Both the position numbers and the translations under genes were made by a program. The notes below the pieces were generated by a model. It was not told where the DNA came from. It ran no database searches and worked only from the letters and a program-made list of their open reading frames with translations. 64,000 nucleotides of DNA from the NCBI RefSeq assembly GCF_964204645.1, contig NC_134033.1, positions 4,178,231-4,242,230 on the forward strand, given 5' to 3'. Shown here in pieces: positions 48,591 to 63,000 of this stretch. Position 1 is the stretch's first letter, and every line of letters starts with the position of its first letter. This DNA comes from Tubulanus polymorphus. Its lineage: Eukaryota > Animalia > Nemertea.

Positions 48591-50739
48591 GGAAGGTAAT
48601 TTCTATTCACTCGATTTCTTATTAAAACCATCGGAACAGTGGAAATCGGATATGTCGTAGTAGATGTGACGATAATTATGTTTATAACTAGTCGACATGA
48701 CGTTGTTTGATTTTCATTTCATTTATTGTTCATGAAGCTAATTTTGACCGTTATAAAGCGACCAGTTAATGCGCGCAGTCGAATTGTTTCATCTCACTGG
48801 ATTCCATTGGTTAACTTTGAAAGGCACAGATTGAGGACGGGTCAATTTGTACCAAATTACCCGTAACGTTCTTAGCGTTCAAAAACGACGATCGTAAAGT
48901 TTCTGAGTCTTTGAGCTGTGAACAAAAAATCAGAAAAACTCGAGTTCAATTACGTCACGTACGTGAATAATTCATTGAGAGTCCACGTATAAACAACCCC
49001 CCTTTTGCTATGATTTCTAAGAACTAAATCATTTATAATTTTTAACAACTCTTTCGGGCGGGCTTTCGTCGGACGAAAGCAGCCTCGGCGTGGGCTACAA
49101 TATCGGGGCGCTGGGTATTTTTGAAGTAATCCACCAGAAAAGATACGATTTCAAATGATGAGCGTAAAATTGTTAAGTTTTAGCAATCTCCAACAGTCCT
49201 GGTAAGAAGGCGAACTCGACTGGAAAGCAGGGGTCCCATGAGATTAACCCCTATAAATAGCCCTGCAAACCGACGATGATCATTGCATCGTCACGAACCG
49301 ATATGCGTGTATTTCATCGATAGAAAAACACTGAAAATGTGTTTGGTTTGAAACGATTAGATAATTTTACGGAAGAATAATTTGAACTAGAAAAATCGAG
49401 TTTTGAAAAAGATGTTTATTGATCATTTTGCGACCGTCGAATATCTTCCAGCAAAATATGAATAATGAATGTGTTGTGTTGAAAGTGATATAATATTATG
49501 CCGAACTTACTGATACCGCGAGCGATCACGATAACGATCGCTAATACGATGGATGAGAGCGACTTGTTCCTCATTTTCCGACGTATAAACTCCACCTCAC
49601 AACTTTAACAGAACTGAATGATGATTCCCCAAAATTTCTGGCTTGTTGTAGTCGAGTATTTCACAGAACCGATAGAAGAAGAACCGATATCGCTACTGGA
49701 AACTGTTTATTATTTATACAGTATTTGGTTACACATTCTCTACCCATTTCGACGAGAGTTTAACGTTCAACGCCGAAACCATGGCTGGTTCTTCAGTATC
49801 GGAATAATAGAAAATATTTCAACGACTTGCTGGCGACATTTTGTTGATTTTCTATTTTCATACTTTGCAGCCCTATTCGTCTGCGCGTTTTGAGAGGCTT
49901 TAACGGTGATCGAGCATTAAATAAATTCTCTGCTCTCGCGCAGCGAAACGATCCCGAAAAGATTAGTAACGTTTTATTGTTGACGTTTCGCCTCGTATCC
50001 TAATAGACATCTCCAGGAATACTGAACGTCGGAATTAAATCATTAGCCGTGATAGTGCTCAACAATGTTGAGGTGATATGAATTATTTTGAAGCAAAATT
50101 TTTACGGAATTAATGAATCAGCAAGTAAATTAAAATTGTAATAATATTAAATGAAGGACGGCTTTGAAACGATAGTTAGAAGCTTATAAAATAAATGCAG
50201 CGATAGAAAATATGACTTTGATGAAACCAGGATTGATCATTACAGATTAGGGAAGGTTAACAGAGCAATTCTAAGTTCTAAAATAAATTCAGTATAATCT
50301 CACCAGTGTCTAATTATTGATAATTGAAAAAAGATTCAAAATGGGAAAAGAATACATTTTCTCAGAGGTAGGCGAAGTCGGGTGGACGATGGTTTACAAT
50401 CACGGGTTAGGAGATAATCAGAAGCCTCGAGAAATCTCGAGGGACCGCCACAAAATTGCGCTTAGAAACTGGAAACTTCTTTACTGGCTCCGCGGTAGGC
50501 GCAGTCTTTACTGTGGGTCGACGAAATGTATTCATATTTTCAAATATCGTTTTATGTGTAATTTCTTATCGTAACTTTCGTATTAAGTAGAGTGATTATC
50601 CTTAACGCTGCACTATACAGGAAATAAATAATTATTATTTATCATTATTGTCATCATAGTATAGAGATTATCCTAAAATGATGTAGAGATTATCCTAAAA
50701 AGGAAATACCCGGTAGTGATTATCATATCAGTATTATCA

Positions 50740-53700
50740 TCATTTTATTGGTTGTCGTTTTCTTCGTTTATTTCGAGCTCGTATGGATTTCATATCGATA
50801 GTTAGAATAGTGTAAAGAAGCGGGTTCAGAGTTGAGTTTATCGGCAAGAAAAGAACGGCAAGCCAAGCGGCCACCTGGTTCGGTATCTCGACCGAAAATA
50901 CGGCGCAAAACTGAACGATTATTAACGGTAACCAGCAAAATAAATTACACAGATTGATGACTAAACTGCGTCGAGCTAGAACGAGTTCTGTAGGATCAGC
51001 TCGACCCGAACCGGACCTGCTTCCGGATACATACTTGTACATCTGCGCGTACGACATCATTATCAGAGTGAGAATGATCGCGTTTAATACAGCGAATATA
51101 GCGAACGAATATTGCCAACCATTGACATCTATAGATATTAGATTCATAGGTAAACAGATACCCGTACTACCGTAAAAATTATCACCGAAATAAGACGACC
51201 GAGACAGCGGCAGAAAGGCGATTAAACTCAGAAATATCCAGCATAAACAAGACAGAATCATAATGATATTTGAGGATAAAACCGGGTTACCGGAAAATGG
51301 GTCGATGATATTCGAATATCTAAAACGCGTGAGGAGAAGGAGAAATGTTAAAGAGCCTTCGCAAGATATCGTCACCACAATTCCGGCAACACTGCATAAT
51401 GAACTACGAGCCCGAGTTTCAGTATTCAGAAAATAAACACCTTTATAAACGTGATCAGTAGCAGCGATCAGAAACAGATAAACAGACATCAGGAAATCAC
51501 AAAGCGCGATATTAATGATGAGGATATCCGACGATTTATTTTGCGTTTCTGACGAAACTCGAATCGACCTAAAACGAAATAAGATAACGGTAATATTGGA
51601 AACGAATGTAAAACAAGCGATGATCCAGATAACAGCTGTGAGGACAGTGTTCTCAATGAGATCTGAACACGATGAGAATTGATCAGGATCCGGGAGACAC
51701 CGGTCAATATTCGGCGCCATACAACAGAATTTATACGCGTCCGAAGCGAGAAAATATAAAGACGTCAGATTATCAAAGATATTATTTTCCGTAGAAATGA
51801 TCCGAGAATTGTTGGTGAAATCTAGAACTCCCAGTGAAATCAACCCCGTAAACGCGTATCTGGATATTGATTCGATTACGTTACTGCTGATATTCAAATA
51901 TTTCAGCGCTGGTAAACCTCGAAATACATTACGAGTAAGAATCGATATTGAGAGTTCACGGAGATCCATAACCGGAAGTAACGTCAAACCGTTGAAGCTT
52001 CCATCGGTCAAATATCTCAGCGGATTTCCGGCGAGTAAAAGTTGTTTCAAACTGTTTAAACCAGTGAATGTATTAGTATCTAGTGATACTAGGCGATTAT
52101 ACGACAGATCTAATGTATTTAGATTGCGTAAATTAGAAAACGCGTTGGAGACAATGTCAGATAAATCATTACGAGAAATATTGAGTAAGAAAAGGTACAG
52201 AAAAGACGAAAATGTCGATTCATTGAATCTAACTCGGTTATTCGGTAAAATCAAAACTCGAGTCGACGCCGCAAAAATTCCAGAAATATCCGATAAAAAA
52301 GTATTTTCACAAACGATGAAACGACCTTGACATTTACAATAGTTAGGACACGTGACGTCGCAGTAAGCCTCGTCATCCGAGTTATGTTTACAATTAACGA
52401 CGCCATCGCAAACTTCCGACTGAGGATTACATCGATGTTCGTCAGCGCATTTAAACATTCCCGGACACGAAAACGTTTCGCAATTGAATTCATCTTCTGA
52501 ATTAGGACAATCTGATCGACCATCGCACACGTGTCTAATCGGTATACAGTAAGACGATGGACATTTCACTGTACCAGCTGCACATTCAAACTCATTACAA
52601 TTCAGTAAATGTTCGAGTCTTCTACAAACAGGAAAACCTGTCGACATTCTTTCTAAAATACATCTATCTCTTCTCGCGTAACAATGAGGAGAATCGAATG
52701 AACATCTTTGTTTATCCGATTCGGTACAGAGTGAAGTGAAATTGGTCGTGCAGTAGTTCTCTGTAGTGCAGTGAATTTGTGGTTTAATCGTTATGTTGGT
52801 CATTACTATTTCGTCTTCTTCGAGGTCACCACCACAATCTACAACACCATCCCGATACAACAGAGAACTGATACATTCGCCATTTACGCACAAAAACCCG
52901 TTACATTCGTCCGAAGAGCAGCCGATCTCATCGGATTTATCTTGACAGTCAACCAGTCCATCGCATCGTTTATATTTATCCACACATTGTCCGTCGTTAC
53001 ACTTAAATTGATCAGAGGAACATAAAATATGATAGCACGAGTTCTCATCCGAGCCATCGACGCAATCTCTCATAAAGTCACAGAAACCGCTAATCGATAT
53101 AACCTGTCCATCGTTACAGCGGAACTGACTGTGTAAATTGATATCCGTACAATCGAGTTCATCTTCACCGTGTTGACAGTCGTTTGTGGTATCGCATACG
53201 CGATGGTCGCTGATACATCTTTGATCGTTACATTCAAACTGCCACGATTTACAACCGCTTATAGAAGCTAACTCTTCACCAGTTGCATTATAGGAACATA
53301 GCACGGAATGGGCTACATCTGTGAGATTATCGAAGGCAGTCACTGACCATTTCACTGTTTGAAAATATGTTATCCAATCTCTAATTACAACTGGTTTCAT
53401 TGCCATAATTCTTCCGCTTGTATGATTAGTCAGTATAGCGCCATATTGATGCCGATAGTGGAAAACATTTATCAAATACTGAATTTCGATTCTAGATGTC
53501 ATTACACCTATGTCTCCATCGATTGTAAGACACATTTCTCTAGCTTTGTGGATTGTTAAACTTTCAGATTGGTGCGTTTGCCAGTCTGTAAGTATCTGAT
53601 AGCAATGCGCTTCTATACGAATCCATCCTCTTAGACACGTGGAGTTAAATCGTTCAAAGTTGTTCCGCTTTATGCCAGTGGTATCGTTTTGTGAAGATGC

Positions 53701-54397
53701 ATTAAAATCGTTTCTTTCTGTTTCACAAATGAATGTCGTGTGCGTCTCCTCGATTTGACACGGGAATCGAACCCAGTTCGCCGATCCTCGTGGATTATTC
53801 AGTATCATCGCCGTACACCTCATATTGACGTCATTAATCGGTTGTTTTCTTAGCGGAGATATCAATCCTCGAATAACTTCTGGTATCGTTTCATTAACGG
53901 CAGCAGGTTCAAACCATTCTGTGTAACTGAACGGTTTCCCATCAGACCACGAGTAATGACCACTGGACTCCTTTAAAAACTAACAAACAAATATTTGTTA
54001 TACGTACAATGCAGAAAACTCTTTTTGGATTGTTTTGTGTGTTCTAATCATTAGATAACTTAATATCTTCAAACATGACAAGAACATAGATCATAATCAT
54101 CAATGCTCAATTAAATGATTAATATTCGATATTATTTTACCTGCCATCTCAATCCTTTCATCACAATAAGCGCCGCCTGTGAATATGCCTCATGAAGCAG
54201 TTTTGTAGCAAACAGCTTTTTCACGGCCATCATTTCTTGTTTAGAGTTGATACTGAGAAGATGTCCTCCATGTTTCTGTTGACAGTAAATTTCAGCGTTC
54301 TCCCAATTCAGACGTTCACGTTTGATGTATCTAATACACGAAACACCTGAATCTAGAAAATCTGATCGGCAGCCATTGATTCGGTGTTTCAGTAAAG
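50740..54397 (-). pseudogene. GRL101: 5'-truncated tandem duplicate of the GRL101-like gene
   Basis: The last exon 50740-53970 is open and highly similar to copy 1. Only 54141-54397 of exon 2 remains. No signal/CUB exon in the window; ECL1 W>R change (ETRARSSLC). Confidence 0.75.
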
Positions 54398-54589
54398 AAG
54401 GCCTTCCCAAATAAAAAGGGAATTTCTTTTTAGTTCCCTTTTTAGTCCTAATTCCTGCAATATGAATATAAACACAGAATACACTTCTCCATAGCCCAAA
54501 ACAACTGAATCGCGTCGACTATAGAGTAAAAATGTCATTTATTAGTTCACATAAAACAGAATCTTACATACAAAATCAAGAGCTTTGAG

Positions 54590-55400
54590 TCCTGAGACTC
54601 AATCAATCGGGTTACATGATACCAGTTTTGTAGTTAAAACAAGAAATTGAGTCTCAGGACGCATTTTCAAAAATCAGTTTGAGGTATTATTTGTATCGGG
54701 TCTTAAAACATGCATTTTAGGAATTGCAATATTGATATGATAAGAAATTAGAACCGAGTCTTGAGACTCATTTTTGTACCTACTTTTCTAAATTGCGTCC
54801 TAGGACTCATTCATCATTAGATTCGAGTCTTGAGACTCCTTTTACTAAATTGCGTCCTAGGACTCATTCTAAAACGTTCACTGGTTTGAATCGTTAGATT
54901 CGAGTCTTGAGACTCATTTTAGTATCTGCTGTGCTAAATTGCGTCCTAGGACTCATTCATCGTTAGATGCGAGTCTTGAGACTCATTTTACTAAATTGCG
55001 TCCTAGGACTTATTCTAAAACTTTCACTGTTTTGAATCGTTAGATTCGAGTCTTGAGACTCATTTTAGTATCTGCTTTGCTAAATTGCGTCCTAGGACTC
55101 ATTCGTCGTTAGATGCGAGTCTTGAGACCCATTTTACTAAATTGCGTCCTAGGACTCATTCTAAAACTTTCACTGTTTTGAATCGTTAGATTCGAGTCTT
55201 GAGACTCATTTTAGTATCTGCTGTGCTAAATTGCGTCCTAGGACTCTAACGTTCTAAAACGATCACTTAATGAATCATTCGATTCCAGTATTGAAACTAA
55301 TTTTAGTATTTGCTTTACCAGATTTCAGGACGCATTTTAAAACGTTCATTCAAGATTAGTAATTTTGATAGGAGGATTTGAGTCCTCAGCTCACTTGAGC
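54590..55400. repeat. Palindrome-rich satellite with a 57+89 bp (146 bp) higher-order unit
   Basis: AAATTGCGTCCTAGGACTC at 54790, 54847, 54936, 54993, 55082, 55139 and 55228, alternating with GAGTCTTGAGACTC. Confidence 0.9.
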
Positions 55401-56122
55401 CGCGGATGAAAAACCAGTTGAAAAAGCCACCATGATTTATGGAATACATGTATGATAGATAATCAGGCTTAATAGATACTTTTAAAACTGAGAATTGGAT
55501 ATCCAAAAACAGGAGATCTTCTGGTGAAAGTATTTTACAAACGTTCATACGACATTAATGCTAAACGCTAAGTCTATCATAAGCTAGGCCACAAAGGAAA
55601 CCATCATGCATCGTTATCGGAAAAAGACAATATTCACACACACACACAAAATTGCAATCTACAATCAAAAATCCATAAGTGATTAAAATTAAAGAAAAAC
55701 ATTACGGACAAGCCCATTGTAAGTAAACTACCCCAAATCCAAATATTGAAAATACGGTGTACGGATTTACTCTAGAAGTTTCAAAGAATTAAAACCGATC
55801 ACGAAATCTTAGCTCATTACAGCAGCTTTCGTTTTTCCGATACGTTTCGACGACAATTTAGTTAATTTGGCTTACTGGGACCAAATTAATCATGCAGTGA
55901 TATGTTATATAAGATACGGTCTATTCGATGATTTCGCGAAGGTTTGATAGACGGAAAATTCAGGAGTAAAAATAAAACGTTTAAATGAGCTAACACCGAC
56001 AGCTGTTGTGTGGTAGTTAGCAGTAAGAAAGCCTTCATAATATAGTTTACCGAGACATGTAATATAAGCAAAACAATACGACAATGTAAATTAATTTAGA
56101 AATCGAAAATCAAAAATCGAGT

Positions 56123-59100
56123 CTAGTAATAAGTGAGGGCAGCCACTATCCACGAACTATTGACTCCGTTTATTTTCTTTCCGTCAACGACACTGGCGCC
56201 GGGAACCACGAAAAGGACTTGTTTCAGTTCCTGCCGATCGTGAACGTCTAAATTTGATAACGAGTCATCATCGAGTACGATAGATCCTGATACTTTCCTG
56301 ACCGGCCTTCTACAACTAATTAATTGCTTTTTGGATACCGCGGCCACGTAAATTCCGTAATTTTTCCAATCAACGAGAACTACGTCTCCGTCGACGACCT
56401 GGATGTTCTTAGCTCCCTCGCCTGCAATATAACATACATAAACGGGTTTTAGTGTAGAACACATTCATTTATGTTTTCATTCTAGATGAGTAAAAAACCG
56501 CAGTCGAAACGCTCTGCGCACAAAACATTACGAGGTTTATCCCTAGTTTGTCAAAAGTTAGCAGTTAAAAGTGACTTCGAATCGGGATAAACCTGGATTT
56601 GTTGTTATGTGTGCGCAGGACGCTTTCGTAGAATGAGCGTATTGTATCCAATGTATTCACTCTAGTGTTAACACGATGACATACCCGGTTTGACGAGAAG
56701 ATTTTCACCAACGTCTGGGCAAACGACGTTAATATCCAAGCCAGGAACAGCTAAAACGAGCGGGAAAATAGAAACGATTTTAATATCCTTATCTTAATTC
56801 TATCGACTGATAAGTAGACATATTTTATAGCAACAACGTTACTTACTGTAGTTTGTCGATAACGTCTTATTTACGTCCTGCCCAACCTGAATTGAAGAGA
56901 CCAAGAACACATTGCCAATGATCGGTTTTCACTAACACTACAACAACACGATTGAAACCCTTTGACGACGGAAATTTCATTATTTGAAATCGCTTACCTT
57001 CTGTCTTTTCGGTCGCCTTTCATAGGTAGCGCCTGTGGTTACTGCTGGTCGCTTCTAAAAATAAATATTCATAATTAACACTGAATTGCGTGTACCGGTG
57101 TATTATTCTTCATTGGGTTCATTTGTAGCGGTTCAATAAACCACTGGAAGATATTCAGTACAGAGACTTTGATCTTAGCCAATAGGCCGAGAAGCGACTA
57201 CGATTACGATTACGATTACGATTACGATTTATTTACACTCCAACCATTTCCATGGTATATGAAGGAAAACTATTACACATGTATATACAAATATTTACAA
57301 AACAACACTGAAGTGATTAAAATTTAGAGAATGAAAACGTAACGAAATATATATATATATATACATCAACTATTTACAATACTATATATACTATTATATA
57401 CATCAACTATTTACAATACTATATATACTATTATATACATCAACTATTTACAATACTATATATACTATTGGAGGGATCTATATACATCTAAGCCGGTCTT
57501 AATGAATTCAGCTAAGTTGACCGTTGGGTTTTTCAGAATATCAAGGGTATTTAAGGTGTTCAAATTCAAAAAGTTTTGCGTTGTTTGTTAAGTAAGGTAC
57601 AGTCAAACAGAAAATGGGATTCGTCACCTAAAGTATTACAAGTGGGGCATATTCTATCGGCTCTGTCTGCGACTCAAACCGGTACGTAGCGCCGCCTGGA
57701 TATTCTGCGTTAAACTAAAGCGTATTCTGTTTCGCACATAAACCATGCTATACCGGGTAATGTGAATATAACAAAAAGATGAATAATTTACCTGCAGCTG
57801 GGTTTCTAGTTCGTTTATTTTAGCCTCGAGGCACTCCTTTTCTTTCTGAATAAAAATGAAATGATTGTTTTTAGTTCCATGTAGTTCAAATATATCAGAT
57901 AACTAAGCCTACACATTCGGTTTAAATGCCTACCTCCAATACTGATATTGTATGGTCACTGTTCTTGAGTTTGAACAGCGTCTCTGAATTCACATCCTAC
58001 AATTGAACGACGAATGCACACATTAACAGCATAATCGTATATTCTATTTAACGGAATATCAACTCGGGATAAATGTACCTTCTGTTGTTTGAGTTTTGCC
58101 TTCAGATCACTGACCGCCGATCTTAGTTCGTTGTTTTTCTCCTGGAATATAAAGAAATGAAATCTCCTTAACTACATAATAGATATACAGGCTCTAATAG
58201 GCTGATGCTAAATTATATAATTTAGTCTAAAATTATAACATTTCCGACTCTAAAAATTCTATACCTTTATTTTGTCAAGATTTTCATTTAATACAACATT
58301 TCTTTCTGTGTTCGTGACCTATAATTAGAAATATTATCATGTTATCATAATCAACGACCTAACAGTGGGTATTAAATGGAAAAACTGTTGGAATATGCGA
58401 CAATTACCTTTTCAGTCAAAGCTCGATGATTGGATGGTGCTGTCGTTTCATCATCTTTTTGTTGGTTTTCATTGATGTTCTAGAGCAAACAAACACTAGA
58501 TTTAATTAATCGAATTTGACGCATGAAAGATATGAATAGGACGGTCACTCGGTGTTGCATGTTAAGGTAGCGTTATTTTTGTCATAATTACCTGATTTTC
58601 GTTAACACTTTCCTCCTCCGTCTCATCTACTGACATATTGTTTTTTCCCAATATTTCGTTCCTATCGATATCGGATTAAGAGAGTAGAAAAACATCAATT
58701 TTTGCACGTGCATTAAGGAAAATCATAAAATGATTTCGAGTGACAATTTTATTCACCGAATATCATTCTTTTACTTACGCGCAAATTTCCAAGGCAGTGG
58801 ATAAATCCATCGCCCCCCTTGCCATATCGACTAACACAGCCCGTAACTTGTTGCCTGATTTGACACGGAAAAATTTCCGTGCCACATGTCGAGTAAGCGG
58901 TCCTTTATTGTTTTTAACATTCGCCCAGTTCTGGTTTAGATTAGTCCAAGCGTGAAATGTTGGTTTGTCCAATTGGGCGAAAAATATCGCGATATTCATT
59001 TTGTTGTTTAGTGCTTTTCTCTGAAATAATCATCAACATTTATGTGCAGATATTTCATTTCTGAAACTGGAAGAACAACAGCAAAGAGAAAACAACTCAC

Positions 59101-60092
59101 ATTCAACTGATACACTGTTTCGAGCCCTTTATTCCATCGTTTAACGATTTCGGGATCGTTCGGAGTGTCACCCTCCAGGTCAGTCCTGCCAGCGTGGTGA
59201 TACAGGCATCGCCGACAGGTTAACACCTGATCCGCGAATGTAGCTGGCAGGTATTTCTCGTGCACGGCGTTGTGTTGAATAGCTAGCATCCTCGCCATGT
59301 CGTCCGGGAGGTCCGACGAATAGGTGTGTACCATCGCTGAACCATAATGATTCGGATCAGCACCTGCAAAGATTCGGATCAATTCTAATTGATCAATGCT
59401 AATGTCGGGCTTGTTTTAAAGTAAATGAATGACTTAATTTCAAATCGCGTGTAATGCAACACGAAGTTAGACAATATTGGTTCCTAGGAATGCTGCATTT
59501 GTTCTTTTAAACAAATGTAGTACAATTCTGTGACGCACCTTCAATCAAAAGCTCCTGTAGCGCGATTCTGGTGTGGTTTCCACCCAATATTTCGATAACA
59601 TTTTTTTCTAACGGAGAGATAATGGGCCCTGTAGCACGACCTACGAGGGACATAAATTTGATGCAGGGCGTGCCAGCATCTCAGATTTCAAACTGTCCAC
59701 GTGTTTCCAATCCACACATCGCACCTGGAGTGGCCACGACGGAGCTTTTAGCTTTTCGGTCGCTATTCTGTATGTACCTACGGAAAGAAAAATAGTTATC
59801 ATTTCACATGTTTTTCACTCTTTCTTTTCATTTTTTGGATGTTTAAAAACTCGATATGAAAGTTTTACAAATTTGTCAGATTGAACTGTGACCCATGGGT
59901 GATTGTAAACATTATGCACGACTGATTCTTTTGGGATGACCATAGTCTCATTTTCTTTATGGTAGCTAGCCTTATCTATTAAAGCCAGGGTGATGCATGA
60001 TGCATCGGAAATTAGACACTGATAACGAAAACGATTTGAAAATCAGCTCACCTTGTCTGAAGCGTATGACCTGTTTTTGAAGCATATCTATA
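56123..60092 (-). pseudogene. Multi-exon gene with N-terminal ParB/Sulfiredoxin-like domain and coiled-coil exons, frameshifted
   Basis: Exon 59539-59777 (QVRCVDWKHVDSLKSEMLARP.../...IEILGGNHTRIALQEL, frameshift ~59648) splices in phase to 59101-59363 (MARMLAIQHN). Several small GT-AG exons lie down to the 56123 ORF; the overall model is approximate. Confidence 0.5.
57200..57665 (-). mobile_element. 3' end of an RTEX-like LINE in an intron
   Basis: RICPTCNTLGDESHFLFDC. The 3' UTR GAAATGGTTGGAGTGTAAATAAA matches ~38624-38646, with an (ATCGTA)n tail and an internal 37-bp triplication. Confidence 0.8.
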
Positions 60093-63000
60093 CAGGAAAG
60101 AAAGGGGATAAATTAAATTGATATAATTGAATAATCTGTTCGAAGCGATTATGAAATGCAAGATGTAATCTGGTCGACTTACCTGAACAAACCGATGAAG
60201 ATCTGTTTTCAGTACATGTATTTTCAATTTGTTGTACATGCATTTCTGTAAATATACCACGAATGGAAATATCTAATTATAGTTCTCTAAGTGTCACCAT
60301 AACTTAACTCATTAATGTTGAATCTAATTCGATTCTTACTTGATAATCAAATTTTTTCTTCCAATTTTGTATTACTTCAGAAATGAGGAAATTGACGTAA
60401 TATGTTTTCAGCAAATTATATGGCATGTTGTTTTTGTCTGTGAATTTCTTTATTTCCCGAAAGTAATTAAGTGAAAGTAACACATGAAGACCTACCATCA
60501 CGACATTTTAACAATTCCGATGGTTCAAGGGATTTTACTTCATCACAACCTACAAGAGATGAGATTTGTAAATTGTTAAGTCTCAATGAATTCTGATAGC
60601 AACTCGTAGTGTCCGGAGTTGTTGTAACATTGAATTAAATACGTTCCTGTTTGATTGATGGATGATTAACACTTTGTTTTAAAAAGAGGGAGATTATCGA
60701 TCGATATGATCTCGAAAAGTCGCTCGAAAATATAGAACAAAACAAGAATGGAATTTGATAAAAATGTAACACTTCACTCAATTCAGATATGATCAACTCG
60801 GATATCTTATCACATCTCAATTTGACTTCACTCAAGTTGGACACATGTCTACCACCACTTAAGGTCGGAAAGTATAATCAACTACTAGAGAGCATTCTAC
60901 TGTATTCTAAGTCATATAATGAACTCAAACACTCGAATCACTCTTGGAGAATAACAAACATATCACCAGGGGAGGTGTGAAAGAGACCTCACTTATTTCA
61001 CAAAGGCAAAATTGGTGTTATTTTTACACTCTAATACAGCTCGGAATAATGATATCTTAAACAATACATACCATTAGTTGAATCACCGAGGGCAGTGTTT
61101 AAGTGGAGTCCATGGAAAGGATCTTGTTCTAAATAGAAATAATACATTTCAAATTAAGAATTTATTTCAATGATTATATTAATAATGACATTTTTTATAA
61201 TTTGTATAATAATTCAAGTCGCGGCATGTAATTCCATGCGATTATTGACCTATGTAATTTCAGCATTTATTTCGACATAGAACAACCCGGGGCTGATGTT
61301 ATGGGCGGATTCATTTTAAAAAAGGGCCTTGCGAAAATTAAAGCAATAGGGTATGGGCGGCCATCCCCGCCAAACAGAAGTTTAGGTCATCACGTGAAGG
61401 ATAAACTCAAAAATTGAAGTATAATGTAGTAACGTGGGGGATAAACTCATAACGTGAAGGATCAACTCAGCTACCTTCCCTTTGAGCCAAAATGTAATGT
61501 GATGGCCGATCCAGTACGAAGTAACATTTCAAAACATCTACTGTTAACGAAAAATTCCCCGAACTCTTGAGTCGGTATTCGATAGAATTAGAACAGAGAA
61601 TAGGCGGAGTCTACTGTAGGCAATGACGTGCATTCTGAGCGTACTTTTGCAATGTAATATAGACAAATAATTCGCAATCAAAATTCATGGATCCAGCAAA
61701 CTACTTGTTATAAATGTTTATAATAAGTAGCTTGAAAAATTCCACCCCTTTCATGTTTTCATTAAATGCTTACTCGGAGAGTTCTTCTGGGTGTCAATAA
61801 TGAAACCTTACCATTGAATGTATAGATGTCGTTCGTTTCAAAAGTGTCATCAGAAGTACTTTTTTCATGGCGTATTGGACTTTTATTACCTGTAAAAATT
61901 TAAAATCAATCTCATGTTGAATATACAATCGATATAAACATTATCTCACGTTAGTTATTGCCGCGTAGTTGGATTGGATTTTGTCGTTGCGGTTTATTTT
62001 TCGACCTTAGTGTATTGCATTTTCTTAAACCGAGATTAGAGTGAAAACGTGTATCTATTTACACGTCTATAATTGCGAATCGTAACTAAAACGCTGCATC
62101 TATAAAAGGCTACGCTGAGCCTGTTATCTGCTTTAGTAATGTTTGATTACTTGATAAACAGCAAGACATCATTGATTAACAAAATGATGTAATAATAGCC
62201 TTTACTTGGGAATTTGACGCCAACGTCGGATGGCAACGGCGGATCTTGGCTCTGATTCAGTGAGGAATGCCCCCCCCCCCCCAAGAATAGGGCATATCGT
62301 GATAAAAAGGGGACCCCGAAAAAAAACCAATAGACAAAAATTAACAGTTTTCTTTAGAAATACTTATGAATTTAAACTTCTTTTGGTATCAATATTTCTC
62401 GTTTACTCGTAAATTTTCAGCGCAACTTGATAATAATGTCTAGAAGGGGACCCCCGGCCTGCACTCTCTCATTGGAATCACGCCTGGAGAGAGGGTTACA
62501 GGGCGAGAGAGGTGATCAGTATATTTGAGAGTTTCTAATGAGCGTCTGTTATGATAACGGCTGAAGGTTTTAGGTCACACGTGGCCTGTGTTGACCACTA
62601 GACTGGATAAACTAAAAATAGAAAATTCGCGCTTTGGAAAAGTTCGTTAGCTTTTAATTTTAAGTCTTCTAGTTACACCCACACGATTTCCGTCGAGAGT
62701 TCGAGCACAAATATTACAATGAAGTGATTTCATCAAATACAAATTTAGTGACTCAAGGGAAGGCTCAAAACTTCTGGAATCAGTCCCACACGTGGTATCT
62801 TATTTATCTAAACGTTTTGTTTATGTTAATCATATATTTGTAGCTTTGTAAACCAGGCCATTTCACGCCTTTTTGATAATGTTAGCTATTAGTAGTTACT
62901 ATGTAGCACGTGTATCTTTGTGTGCACTAGCAAAGAACCCATCCCGGTGGAGGCCACTGGTGGCGGTATGATACTATCAGTGAGCCTAAAAATAAACGAC

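Noticed and set aside
40386-53559. Plus-strand ORFs repeated in both GRL101 copies, and antisense ORFs over viral genes (e.g. 5816-6235, 7919-8413)
   Set aside because: These are shadow frames of real genes on the opposite strand, with no motifs.
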